From the IMG/VR virus record IMGVR_UViG_3300025646_005470: DNA of 64,000 nt. The stretch is one strand, 5' to 3'. The notes under the pieces are model-generated. The model did no database searches and was not told the DNA's origin. It saw nothing but the letters and a program-made list of their open reading frames with translations. Below, one piece after another: positions 8,114 through 18,274 of the stretch. The stretch comes from a virus. Position numbers and translations under genes: made by a program. How positions within the stretch are numbered: position 1 is the stretch's first letter; each line of letters opens with the position of its first letter.

Positions 8114-11110
8114 TTAACTATAGCTCATATTCTCACCAGTGTTCTTTATTCTGATTGGAATGTAAATAAATTCTGCCGCTTTTGCTGGCTGAATTGCTAC
8201 ATCAATCCATAACTGGTTAGCATCAATACGTGTTGGTGTGTTGTTTGATTCGTCACAAACTACTAAGAAATCGTATAATGCTCTTTTTGATGATAAGTCT
8301 GATAAAAATCTTTCAAATGTATCAGTTACTTGATCTCTTGTCATTCTGTCATTTAATTCAAATAAGAATGGTTTTGCAAGTTGATCAAATTGATATCTTA
8401 AGTAACAAATTAATCTACCTACGTTTACTCTATCAAGTGCTGATGCTACTGAATGTAAAGATTTTTGCCCAAATACTACTAAACCTCTGTTTGGCATGTA
8501 AGCAATTGGGTTAACTTTAGCCGCGTATAGTGTGTCTCTTGAACCTTCGCTTAATACAACTGAATTATATTCACCTGTTGCTGGATCAATATAACCAACT
8601 GATGAAGCATTTGATACTAAGCCTCTTTGATAACCTGCCGGTGCAAACCATTGGAATGCCGCTTGATCATTGTAAGCAATAGTTCTTAATGCTACGTGTG
8701 AAGCAGGAACAACCACGTTGTTACCACTTAAATCAGTTGATAGTGCTGATGGATAGTATACTGCTGAATAAGTATGAGCTGATACTAAACCGTCTTCACC
8801 GTTAGTTGTTGCATTTGCATTATTTGACATCCAACTAGATACTTCTGAAGGAGTTTTTAATCTAAATGGAGCGTCAACAATAATAAATGCAGTTTCTTTT
8901 CTTGCAGTGTTAAGTGCAATCATTTCATCATAAGTTTCAGAGTAACCAGGACATGCAATCAAGTTAAAGAATCTTGATTCAGCTCTGATTTCATCATTTG
9001 CTGTAAACACAGCCTGAAGTGCTGTTACAACAACTTGTCTTTGAGCTTTTCTGCCCATATATGGTGAACCATCTGGTTTGTTACCAGCCGCATTAATCCA
9101 AATTGGACCAATATCAGTACCATTAACAACATATGATGTTTTATATCTTTTTACATTGTATCCAGATAATCTTGTATTGAATAGCAATGTACCTTCTGCA
9201 TAGTTTGCCGGATCTAAGCCATCTTGATCAAAAGATGCGTATGCTGATCCCCAACCTTGATCTGCTGTTGTTGTTCCAGCTGGGTTACCTACACCATCAC
9301 CAAACACAATGCCAGAAGCTGATGATTGATCAGTGTTATCAATTAAAACCCAACTTGATGAAGTTGTATTATATTTGTAAATTTTTGGATATGCTTCTAA
9401 TTCATTTGAATCAATCCAAATGTCACCGTTTTCAAGTGCTGTACCGTCTGACTGTGTAGTTGGCTCTGAAGATACCATTTGCAAGTCTCTTAAACCACTT
9501 GCTTCACCGTTTGGACCTGTGTTAACATTACCTGCTGTGAATGTATCTTTTGAGTTTGCGTATGCTAACCACTTCATAGTACCACCATCGTTTTCAGCAA
9601 TGTATAAATCTGCTGTTAGGTTAGTGTCATACCATAGTGTGCCATCTACCGGATTTGAAGTTGGTGCAGATGCTGACCCTTCATATGATAAATCGCTCCA
9701 AATTGAAGCCATATACCACCCATTTAAACCTGAAGCCATATTATTTGTAAAGCCTAAATTTTCTGTAGTTACACCATCAATTGCTCCAACTGTTGAGGTA
9801 TCTTCAATCCAAATGTTTTTACCATTTGTTCTTTCAAGTTTCAAATACTCTTTTGTACCTGAACTTGCTTCAATTGATGCTTTAACAGTTAATGCCGCCA
9901 AGTTTGCGTCATTGTTAATACCTGCAACGATTTCTGCAAGAGTAACTCTTGTACCAGCCGCGCCTGCTGTTGATATCGTAACATCTTGATTACAAATGTT
10001 TAATTTAATACCTGTAGCAGAACCACCTAATGTATAATCAGCATCTGTACTGTTGAAGTCCTTTGTCCCAGTAGCCGTTGTTGTAGTTGCAGAACCTCTT
10101 ATTTTGATGTTGTACTCTACTTCTGGTGTTGAGTTGTTTGCTGTTTGTTTGTATGTTGCATTATCAATTCTATCATTGTCCCATGCCGCATCATTGTCAT
10201 CATCAAATTGCACGTATAATGAACTTGCCGCAGGTGTTAAGGCTGTGACAGCATTGTCATCATCAGCATACAAAGGTGCTGATTTTGTTGACCATGAAGA
10301 TGTTGATGTTGAATAGTATTTTACTACTACATTAGCACCACCACCTACTGCTGTTGTTTTAACCCAAATAGAACCTGATACTGACGCACTTGGAGCCGAA
10401 CCTGTACCTGGTTGCATGAATACAACTGGTGTACCTGTTTTTGCCGCTACCCACGTGTCAGCACCTACTTGGTACCATAAACCTGAAACTTTTTCCCAAA
10501 GTTTTGCCGGTGTTGCTGAAGCAACCACAACAAAGTCACCATTAGCACCGTAAGATGTTTTTGGTGATTTTTCAGTGTCATTGTTTACGTTTGATGTTGC
10601 TGATGAGCTAGGTGTATCAGTTAATACAGTTGGAGTAACTTTGCTCCATGATGTACCGTCTGCTTGGTATACACCCCAATCAGTTGATGCTGTGTCTAGC
10701 CAGTAAGTACCATTTGCTGGTGCTCCGGCTGGAACAGTTGTTGAGCCTGTAAGTTCTGCTAAATCTACATTAGCACGAACTACGTATGCTCTATTTGAAA
10801 TTCCTAAGTATGAATAAGCGGCTAATAAACCGTATTCATTTCTTTCATCACCTGGTATCATAGTTGACCCAGCTGAATAAAATGTTGGTGTACCGAATGT
10901 TGATAACAGTTCTCTTTGTGAACCAATCAAATACGCTTTACCTACGTTAGCACTTGTAGTACCTACTGCTGTAGCACCTGTAGAACTTGGATCAGCCTTG
11001 TCTTGTGCTGATGCCACTACAAATAGTGGTACTGTACCCTGTGCCGCGCCGGCGTAAAACGATTCATCAGTTACTGTAACTGAAACACCCGGTGAAACTA
11101 AATCTGGCAT
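8114..11110 (-). CDS. gp18: Tail sheath protein with large insertion domains (998 aa)
   Basis: N-terminal LVSPGVSVTVTDES; FGTP...EYGLLAAYSYL; C-terminal WFAPAG.QRG, VNPI, VFGQKS, RVNVGRL, FELND, CDESNNTP..ID.N.L.IDVAIQPAKAAEFIYI. Confidence 0.97.
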   Translation of the reverse strand: MPDLVSPGVSVTVTDESFYAGAAQGTVPLFVVASAQDKADPSSTGATAVGTTSANVGKAYLIGSQRELLSTFGTPTFYSAGSTMIPGDERNEYGLLAAYSYLGISNRAYVVRANVDLAELTGSTTVPAGAPANGTYWLDTASTDWGVYQADGTSWSKVTPTVLTDTPSSSATSNVNNDTEKSPKTSYGANGDFVVVASATPAKLWEKVSGLWYQVGADTWVAAKTGTPVVFMQPGTGSAPSASVSGSIWVKTTAVGGGANVVVKYYSTSTSSWSTKSAPLYADDDNAVTALTPAASSLYVQFDDDNDAAWDNDRIDNATYKQTANNSTPEVEYNIKIRGSATTTTATGTKDFNSTDADYTLGGSATGIKLNICNQDVTISTAGAAGTRVTLAEIVAGINNDANLAALTVKASIEASSGTKEYLKLERTNGKNIWIEDTSTVGAIDGVTTENLGFTNNMASGLNGWYMASIWSDLSYEGSASAPTSNPVDGTLWYDTNLTADLYIAENDGGTMKWLAYANSKDTFTAGNVNTGPNGEASGLRDLQMVSSEPTTQSDGTALENGDIWIDSNELEAYPKIYKYNTTSSSWVLIDNTDQSSASGIVFGDGVGNPAGTTTADQGWGSAYASFDQDGLDPANYAEGTLLFNTRLSGYNVKRYKTSYVVNGTDIGPIWINAAGNKPDGSPYMGRKAQRQVVVTALQAVFTANDEIRAESRFFNLIACPGYSETYDEMIALNTARKETAFIIVDAPFRLKTPSEVSSWMSNNANATTNGEDGLVSAHTYSAVYYPSALSTDLSGNNVVVPASHVALRTIAYNDQAAFQWFAPAGYQRGLVSNASSVGYIDPATGEYNSVVLSEGSRDTLYAAKVNPIAYMPNRGLVVFGQKSLHSVASALDRVNVGRLICYLRYQFDQLAKPFLFELNDRMTRDQVTDTFERFLSDLSSKRALYDFLVVCDESNNTPTRIDANQLWIDVAIQPAKAAEFIYIPIRIKNTGENMSYS

Positions 11111-11239
11111 TGTAATCTCTCCTTCGTAATTGTGGCAACTTCAATGTCGCCATCATATATTATATTTATTAGAAGTCCACTAAAAGAGGGTGGTTTAAGC
11201 ACCATTATTTTCCCCTTTAAAAGGGCAGTAAATACAGTT

Positions 11240-11596
11240 ATGACAGATAATAGACCATTGTGTACGAAATGTAAGTCAAGACCTAGAGCCTTTAATTATA
11301 AAAAAGGTGATAAGACCTATTATCGTAAAATGTGCGATAAATGTATACGTCTAAGCAAAGGCAAAGGTGTTAGTTCTAGTGCTACTTGGCAACAGAGTGG
11401 CTATAAAAAGAAAGCCATATGTGAAAAATGTGGTTTTAAAGCCAGACACCCTGCACAACTAGATGTGTATCACATCGATGGTGATCTACGCAATAGTGCC
11501 ATTAATAATTTAAAAACTATATGTGCTAACTGTCAAAGAGTTATGACAATGGAAGAATTTAAATGGCGTCAAGGTGATCTAATGCCTGATGTTTAA
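11240..11596 (+). CDS. Zn-binding HNH-family protein
   Basis: CxxC pairs (CTKC, CDKC, CEKC, CANC) and HIDGDLRN...NNLKTIC. Start moved to ATG 11240 (TAAATA 5 nt upstream) instead of the track's 11132. Confidence 0.75.
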   Translation: MTDNRPLCTKCKSRPRAFNYKKGDKTYYRKMCDKCIRLSKGKGVSSSATWQQSGYKKKAICEKCGFKARHPAQLDVYHIDGDLRNSAINNLKTICANCQRVMTMEEFKWRQGDLMPDV

Positions 11597-12255
11597 AATG
11601 TTTGTGTAGTTTTTTTATTTTTTGTAACTTTATCAAGTACTTTTACTACACCACTAACTTTGTCTGTAAGTTGCTCTAGTGTACCGTTATTTTCAATTAT
11701 AAAGTCTACTAGTACGCCAGTATGATCCCATTCACTTGCATGTATACCAATATCTGACAATTGCTGTATAGCAAACTCGTCGTCTTGCTGTGCTTGTTTA
11801 GCCAGTTCTGTCCAGTGTGGATCATCACCACGTTTTACTCTAATGGTAAATCCGCCCATTTGTTTGATAAAAGCAAGTTCGTTTCTAAAACGGCAATCTG
11901 TGATAATAGTGGGTTTTTGTCCACTTGCTATGTATCTGTGCTCTAGACTGTCTAGCCAAATTTTAGGATGAAAATGTTCTCTAAACAATTCTGTACCAAC
12001 AATTTGCAGTGCTAGTCTTGGTGTAAAGTTTTTAATACCTAATTTATTTGCCCAATATGGATCAACACATTCTCTAAAATGTCTGCTGTGATCTGTGTCA
12101 CCTTCTAGTGTTTTCCTAGGCCAATTAAATATGTTTGCTGTGGCATCTTTTAATGGTGCCGCAAAAGAATCTTTTTTATACTCATGCTGTGATGACAGTA
12201 TATCTGCTACAGTGTTTTTGCCACTGCCAATCCAACCTACTAATCCAATAATCAA
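11593..12255 (-). CDS. Deoxynucleoside monophosphate kinase (T4 gp1-like)
   Basis: IIGLVGWIGSGKNTVA P-loop, SFAAPLKDA, TPRLALQIVGTE, ITDCRFRNE, HASE. Confidence 0.9.
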   Translation of the reverse strand: MIIGLVGWIGSGKNTVADILSSQHEYKKDSFAAPLKDATANIFNWPRKTLEGDTDHSRHFRECVDPYWANKLGIKNFTPRLALQIVGTELFREHFHPKIWLDSLEHRYIASGQKPTIITDCRFRNELAFIKQMGGFTIRVKRGDDPHWTELAKQAQQDDEFAIQQLSDIGIHASEWDHTGVLVDFIIENNGTLEQLTDKVSGVVKVLDKVTKNKKTTQTF

Positions 12256-12256
12256 T

Positions 12257-12517
12257 TTACCACCTTAATTTTAACTGTGTTGCAATATCTTCGCTGTTAA
12301 CTTTTACAGTTAATTCGTCACAACCAGCATCTTCCCAATGCCAGTCTTTTTCATACTTGTAACCAAGCATACCCATGTAGTTGGCTACTCTGGCCACTGC
12401 ATCCACTTCTCTATAGTTGGCATTAAGAGCACCGCCTTCTACACTGGTTCCGGTTGATTGTCCTATGTATTCATCTCGCTTGGAAATTTTATCTACATCT
12501 AATGTAACTTCAATCAT
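12257..12517 (-). CDS. Hypothetical protein (86 aa)
   Basis: Intact ORF abutting the kinase gene. Confidence 0.7.
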   Translation of the reverse strand: MIEVTLDVDKISKRDEYIGQSTGTSVEGGALNANYREVDAVARVANYMGMLGYKYEKDWHWEDAGCDELTVKVNSEDIATQLKLRW

Positions 12518-12538
12518 AGCTACATATTATACTATAAA

Positions 12539-13399
12539 CTAACTATTGTCAATCAAAATCAAATTAAAAGTGCTACTGACCAAAGAATTGTTGGTTGTAG
12601 AATATGCTCTTACTTCTATGTCAGTTTTTTCAGTGAATTGTAGTGGAATTTTGTAGTCTTTGCTGTAGGTTGTAGCACTCACTGTGATGATGTCTTTGCT
12701 GTTCCAAGCACCGTTGCCGTCAAACGGTCTAGCCAGTATAAAAGCCACAGCATCTGTGTTCTGTTTGCCTGCACCCACTGTCCACTGTGTCAAATATGCT
12801 GTTTTTCCTGCTGGCACTGTGTACAAACACATAAATGTCTGACCTCTACCTGCCGCACTGGATCCTGTGCCATCAACACCAATCTCAGCCAACACTGTGC
12901 TGGTGCTTTGACTTGTGACACTGATTGTGCCTTCATTAACACCACTAGTGCCTGCTGTGCTTACTCGGGCTCTGAACACTCTGACAAATGTTTCAGTGCC
13001 TGCTGAACCGCCCACTGTGAGTGTTTCTGTTACCACTTCGTATGCAGAATTTAATCCCTGGATCTCAACAGTTCTTGCACCTGTGCCTGTGGCTGAATCT
13101 GTGCCACTGCTACTGGTAATTGCTAGAGTCTCTGGAGATGCGATATAAGAATATATTCCACCGCCATCCCATATGGTTTCTTTGTTTGAATCTACATCCA
13201 CATTCATACCAAACTTTTCAATGTAACCAACACCATCAACTGCACCAGCACTGATATTGATGCTCCAGTCGTAACTAGAACCACTGGTTCTCACAATGGG
13301 TTGGCCTGCTTGATTATAATCTAGAGCTTTGTGTATGTTATATGTGTTAGGTTCATCTGAGTGAACGTAATCAGTTGAGTTTGGATTCTTTATTCCCAT
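12539..13399 (-). CDS. Putative virion protein, G/S/T-rich, beta-strand-like
   Basis: Composition and position in the neck/tail operon. Confidence 0.6.
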   Translation of the reverse strand: MGIKNPNSTDYVHSDEPNTYNIHKALDYNQAGQPIVRTSGSSYDWSINISAGAVDGVGYIEKFGMNVDVDSNKETIWDGGGIYSYIASPETLAITSSSGTDSATGTGARTVEIQGLNSAYEVVTETLTVGGSAGTETFVRVFRARVSTAGTSGVNEGTISVTSQSTSTVLAEIGVDGTGSSAAGRGQTFMCLYTVPAGKTAYLTQWTVGAGKQNTDAVAFILARPFDGNGAWNSKDIITVSATTYSKDYKIPLQFTEKTDIEVRAYSTTNNSLVSSTFNLILIDNS

Positions 13400-13405
13400 T
13401 TTTTA

Positions 13406-14047
13406 TTAAACCTTAATTCCTATAAAAATATGATCTACACGTGATGCTGTCCATGTGTTTGTTGCTGTTGCTCCAAAGCCTGTAGTCAGTGCTGATCTAA
13501 CATTACTGTCAAGAGCACTTGCATCCCACACAGTTAATATCACAATGCTTCCATTAGAAACACTGTTTAGTGCATTGGCTAGTGACGTTACTGCTCCAGG
13601 ATCGCCATAGGTATCATAATTTGCTGTGCTGAGTGTGTTACCATATGTATCTAATACTACCATGTTGTGACCACGAGCGCCAATGTTTAATACTTCAATA
13701 TCATTAACCACTACACGAGCATTTTGATATCCTGGTACATCAAAAGATGATGAATATACATAAATTTTATTACCACTTGCATATTGTGTTGTTTCAATAG
13801 CACTGATTGTGTTGAATTCTTCATATACTGTAAAAGACGATGTTGGTATCCACGGACGGCCACCTACTAACCCTCCTGTATTTGGATTATCAATTACATC
13901 ATTGTCATTGTATTGAGTTGGCAATTGTGTTATATCATATGTTGCTCTAGGATGTCCAGCGGCGGCACGTTTACTTGCGGCTAGATCTAATTTGGATTTT
14001 TGACGCAACTCTTTGGTTGAAAGTGTTGATATACCGTTAGCCGCCAT
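13406..14047 (-). CDS. Protein with a C-terminal ILEI/FAM3 (GG-type lectin-like) domain
   Basis: RGHNMVVLD...NYDTY...LANALNSVSNGSIVILTVWDAS...ALTTGFGA matches the ILEI/PANDER pattern. Confidence 0.65.
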   Translation of the reverse strand: MAANGISTLSTKELRQKSKLDLAASKRAAAGHPRATYDITQLPTQYNDNDVIDNPNTGGLVGGRPWIPTSSFTVYEEFNTISAIETTQYASGNKIYVYSSSFDVPGYQNARVVVNDIEVLNIGARGHNMVVLDTYGNTLSTANYDTYGDPGAVTSLANALNSVSNGSIVILTVWDASALDSNVRSALTTGFGATATNTWTASRVDHIFIGIKV

Positions 14048-14051
14048 TGTC

Positions 14052-14801
14052 TTATCCTATTACAAATGATAGTGGATCACCACCATCTACATATTTTTGA
14101 ATTTCGTCTTCAAGTCTTTCCATGGCTGTTTGTGCTTCAGCCTTGAGTGCATCACCATTTAGTGTAACACCACCCTGTGCACCAGGCAAAGAAGCAAATT
14201 TTGAACGTGCTTCTCCCAGCATCATTTTACACTGTGCAAGTGCATAATCTCTTATCCATGTTTTTGCATACGGGTCATCTAGCAGTGTTTCATCTGTTCT
14301 AAGCATATAAACTTGCAATAACAATGTTTCTGCATTTCTTGGGCGTCTAACAATTGTTAGTTTTTTAGTTACTGTATCCCAAGTAAAATTAATTTTGTTA
14401 CCAAACAATCTACCCACAGTTTCTTGATATTGACTGAATGCTTCCCAAGTGGATAATCCGCCAATTCTACCTGCCTGTAAAAAATACAAGTTAGTGTAGG
14501 CAATTTCAAATGGATCAACATCAATACCTGATTGTTGATCAGAGCCCAAAGCACGTCTAAATGTTTCACGCACTTCAATTACTTCTGTTGGTAAAGTATA
14601 CTCGTTTATGTCTTTTTCTAATCGTAAAAATAGTGTTGCTTCTTCATTGGCATTTGATGATCTTGCTCTGAATCTATCAAACGCCATGTCTAAACCTTGA
14701 TTGTAGTGTTTGGGATCAAGTTCAACATCAACCATACCATCACCTAGTAGGTTGCGAATATCCTCAATGATCTTGTCTCTGTTTGATTTATCTTTGGCCA
14801 T
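14052..14801 (-). CDS. gp13: Neck protein (head-tail adaptor)
   Basis: LGDGMVDVELD, YTLP.EVIEV, WIRDYALAQCKMMLGEARSKF..LPG..GGVTLNGDALKAEA. Confidence 0.9.
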   Translation of the reverse strand: MAKDKSNRDKIIEDIRNLLGDGMVDVELDPKHYNQGLDMAFDRFRARSSNANEEATLFLRLEKDINEYTLPTEVIEVRETFRRALGSDQQSGIDVDPFEIAYTNLYFLQAGRIGGLSTWEAFSQYQETVGRLFGNKINFTWDTVTKKLTIVRRPRNAETLLLQVYMLRTDETLLDDPYAKTWIRDYALAQCKMMLGEARSKFASLPGAQGGVTLNGDALKAEAQTAMERLEDEIQKYVDGGDPLSFVIG

Positions 14802-15053
14802 ATTTAAAATCCTATACTTGTATTTATTGTATTAGTGAAATTCAGAACTAGTACTATATGTATCGTTTTTTATTTACGCAGTAGATTCTAGTTTAAATGC
14901 CTATTTAATTGCTTGTAAACCAGGTTTATTTTAGGATCTATTAGAATTTAGAGCAAATATGTATGCTTTTTGTAAATCCAATTTAAAACGCATAACAATA
15001 GGAATCGCACATGGTTTTTAGTTGAATAAATACTTGTATAAAAGGATATAGAC

Positions 15054-16892
15054 ATGCCACGACTCAGCTTATGGAAACCACAAAAAGGTAACGATTACAA
15101 CATGATAGACCGTGTGATCCGCGAACATTTTAATGTTGGTGGCACTGGTGTATTCATCCACAAATACCTTGGTCCACATGCTCAAGCAAACACCACAGAT
15201 TCAACCCAGCCTGACAATTCTGTGGTGCGTCCTAACAACATACAAGATTTATTATTTTTAGAAAACAGAGATCGCAAGTACGATCCAGATGTGTATGATA
15301 TGCGTGGAGTATATCAAGTACAGGATTCAGATTTTGATCTAACACAATTTGGTGCATTTTTATCCAACGATACTATCTATATGACTTTTCATCTAAATGA
15401 AATGATCAATATATTAGGTAGAAAATTAATGAGTGGTGATGTATTAGAATTACCACATCAGCGTGATGACACCATGTTAGACATGGCACGTTTAGAGTTC
15501 GCTACAAAGCCAGCAAAAAAATTTAGAAAAGGTGAAACTATTACAGGTGCAACCAGTGGTGTAACTGCAACAGTAGTGAACTACAATCACGATGCAAAAG
15601 TTTTAAGAATGGTCACAGACGGTGACTTTGCAGTTGGTGAAACTGTAACCGGTACATCAAGTACAGCCGTAGGAGAAGTAGCGGCATATTACCCAGAAGG
15701 TCCACAAGCAATCAACAGATACTATGTTATCGAAGATGCCGCTAGAGGTTCAGAAGGTTATTCACCTACTTGGTATCCACACATTTGGAGAGTTAAATGT
15801 ACTCCACTAGTAGACTCACCAGAGTTTTCAGATATACTTGGTACTGGTGAACAAAAAGATGATTTACGAAATTTAATTTCTACATATCAATCAGAAATTG
15901 ACATCAGTGAAGCAATTGTTAATCAAGCACAAAATGAAGTTCCTAAAAAAGGTTTTGAAACTGCTCACTTGTATGTTAACAAAGCAGATCAATATGTTCC
16001 AGGTATGGTTTATGGTCATTGGCAAACCAATACAGCATCATTTAAACTTTACGAGTCAACAAACACAAGTTGGCAAACATTTGACTACTTTGTAAGTTCA
16101 ACGGCACCAACTGACAATTACAAAAACGGTGACTATTGGTTAGACACAGCAAATACCAGCTGGGGATTATATGTTGGCGATGGTGCTGTGTGGAACAATC
16201 AAAGTGTATCAATAGTTGACTCAGCAAACATAGACGGTACTACCAAAGCACCAATATCATCATATGTACCTTCAAGTGATTATGCTGTAGTAGTTTCAGA
16301 TAGAAACGTTGGTGCAACATATTTCAAAAAAGTCATCAACGGTTCGTGGGTAAAAATTGCAACAGATTCAACCACAACTGGATTACTTGGTGTAGATGTT
16401 GCCATTAGTGCAACTGAACCACCAACAAATACTAATGGTAAAATATGGTGGCAACCAAATACAACAGGTGGATTAAATGTATCATTTAAAAAATATTCTT
16501 CAACTACAAATAGTTGGGTAGCACAAGACATTACACTGCACTCAAGTCAAGATTCAGCCAATAACGCATTTGGATTTATGACCAAAGTTGGTGTACATGC
16601 CGGTGATGGTAAACCACCTAATGGTATACAAATTGCACACACAGGTTCAAGTTTCCCTAATTCATTAAATGATGGAGATTACATACTACGTACAGATTAC
16701 GAGCCAAATAGATTGTTCAAAAAAGTTGGTAACAGATTTATCAAAATTGAAGATGACTTGAGAGGTAACTACTCTGCGGCAAACAGAATATTAAATACAT
16801 TTATAGAAAATACAAACACAAGCACACAAACTGCTGACGGTAAAGAACAGCAAGGTTTAAGCAAAGCAGTTAAACCAAGGACAGATGTATAA
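15054..16892 (+). CDS. gp14: Neck/head-closure protein, gp14-like, with inserted modules
   Basis: MPRLSLW...IQDLLFLENRDRKYD...FDLTQFG...GRKLMSGDVLELPH...WYPHIWRVKC; lies between gp13 and gp15. Confidence 0.75.
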   Translation: MPRLSLWKPQKGNDYNMIDRVIREHFNVGGTGVFIHKYLGPHAQANTTDSTQPDNSVVRPNNIQDLLFLENRDRKYDPDVYDMRGVYQVQDSDFDLTQFGAFLSNDTIYMTFHLNEMINILGRKLMSGDVLELPHQRDDTMLDMARLEFATKPAKKFRKGETITGATSGVTATVVNYNHDAKVLRMVTDGDFAVGETVTGTSSTAVGEVAAYYPEGPQAINRYYVIEDAARGSEGYSPTWYPHIWRVKCTPLVDSPEFSDILGTGEQKDDLRNLISTYQSEIDISEAIVNQAQNEVPKKGFETAHLYVNKADQYVPGMVYGHWQTNTASFKLYESTNTSWQTFDYFVSSTAPTDNYKNGDYWLDTANTSWGLYVGDGAVWNNQSVSIVDSANIDGTTKAPISSYVPSSDYAVVVSDRNVGATYFKKVINGSWVKIATDSTTTGLLGVDVAISATEPPTNTNGKIWWQPNTTGGLNVSFKKYSSTTNSWVAQDITLHSSQDSANNAFGFMTKVGVHAGDGKPPNGIQIAHTGSSFPNSLNDGDYILRTDYEPNRLFKKVGNRFIKIEDDLRGNYSAANRILNTFIENTNTSTQTADGKEQQGLSKAVKPRTDV

Positions 16893-18265
16893 TGGCACAA
16901 TTTTGGTATGATCAACAGATAAGAAGATATCTACTACAGTTTGTACGTATCTTTAACGGCTTTCAAATTCAAAGCGGACAAAAAAATGCAGGTGGTACTG
17001 CTTCACAAACATATAGAACTGTACCAATGCGTTATGCAGATATGTCAAGAATGGTTGCACATATACTACGTGGCAATACAGAAAATGCATTAAACTCTGC
17101 ACCATTTATGACTTGTCATATTGCTAACATGAATATTGCAAGAGAACGCAGACATGATCCAAAATTAATTTCATCACAACAAGTACAGGAACGCAAGTAT
17201 GATGCTATCAACGATCAATACACAGCAGAACTTGGCAATACATATACAGTTGATAGATACATGCCTGTGCCTTATGACTTAACCATTAATGTTGATGTGT
17301 GGTGTTCAAACACAGAACAAAAACTACAGTTGCTAGAACAAATACTTACACTGTTTAATCCCACAATAGAAATTCAAGCAAATACTAATCCACTAGATTG
17401 GACCAACATCACAGTTGTAGAACTAATTGATATCCAATGGTCATCTAGATCAGTTCCACAAGGTGTTGATTCACAATTAGATATTGCTACACTCATTTTT
17501 CAAATTCCTATTTGGATTAACCCTCCAGCAAAAGTTAAAAAACAATCAATTATACACGGAATTATTAATAGAATACATATGGATGATCATTTATCAGATT
17601 TAGAATATGATAAAAACATGCAAGACTTTTTTGATCAATTTAGTAACCTAGAAGAAATAGTTGTTACTCCTCAAGATGCTCAAATTGATGTAACTGGTAA
17701 TACAATTAGTTTATTAAATGCACATGGTGTAAATGAAGGTTATTCATGGAAAGAATTTTTTGAACAATACGGAGAATTTCAAGCATCAACATCAAAAATT
17801 AAATTAAGACGTGCATCTAATATAGAAGATTCAACACAAGACATAATTGGTACTATTGCTTATAACCCTGCAAATGATAACCAATTAATATTTACAATTG
17901 ACTCAGCAACACTACCAACTAATACAAAAACTTCTGTATTAAAAATTATTGATCCACAAAAAAACACTCCAGGTGATGGCACACTAGCAGGTCAACAAGC
18001 AGGTCAAAGATATTTAATAATTAACGACATTATAGCTAATTCAAAGAATTGGGGTACTGTTGTTGCTTCTGCAAATGATATTATAGAATTTAATGGTACG
18101 CAATGGACTGTTTCTTTTGATGCAAGTCTAAATGGTGATACTCAACAATACGTAACAAACAGCACCACAGGTTATCAATATCAATGGAATGGCAGTGAGT
18201 GGATTGACACTTATCAAGGTCAATACAAACCTGGCTATTGGATTTTAAATCTAGCAGGACTTTAA
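16892..18265 (+). CDS. gp15: Tail terminator / sheath stabiliser with C-terminal extension
   Basis: FWYDQQIRRYLLQF..IF, VPMRYAD, PVPYDL...DVW, LLEQIL.LFNP; coupled to gp14 (TAATG). Confidence 0.85.
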   Translation: MAQFWYDQQIRRYLLQFVRIFNGFQIQSGQKNAGGTASQTYRTVPMRYADMSRMVAHILRGNTENALNSAPFMTCHIANMNIARERRHDPKLISSQQVQERKYDAINDQYTAELGNTYTVDRYMPVPYDLTINVDVWCSNTEQKLQLLEQILTLFNPTIEIQANTNPLDWTNITVVELIDIQWSSRSVPQGVDSQLDIATLIFQIPIWINPPAKVKKQSIIHGIINRIHMDDHLSDLEYDKNMQDFFDQFSNLEEIVVTPQDAQIDVTGNTISLLNAHGVNEGYSWKEFFEQYGEFQASTSKIKLRRASNIEDSTQDIIGTIAYNPANDNQLIFTIDSATLPTNTKTSVLKIIDPQKNTPGDGTLAGQQAGQRYLIINDIIANSKNWGTVVASANDIIEFNGTQWTVSFDASLNGDTQQYVTNSTTGYQYQWNGSEWIDTYQGQYKPGYWILNLAGL

Positions 18266-18274
18266 TTTATCAAG

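Noticed and set aside
14802-15053. 250-bp AT-rich gap as an origin or small-ORF locus
   Set aside because: Explained by divergent gp13/gp14 TAAATA promoters; no convincing repeats, stable hairpins or supported ORF.
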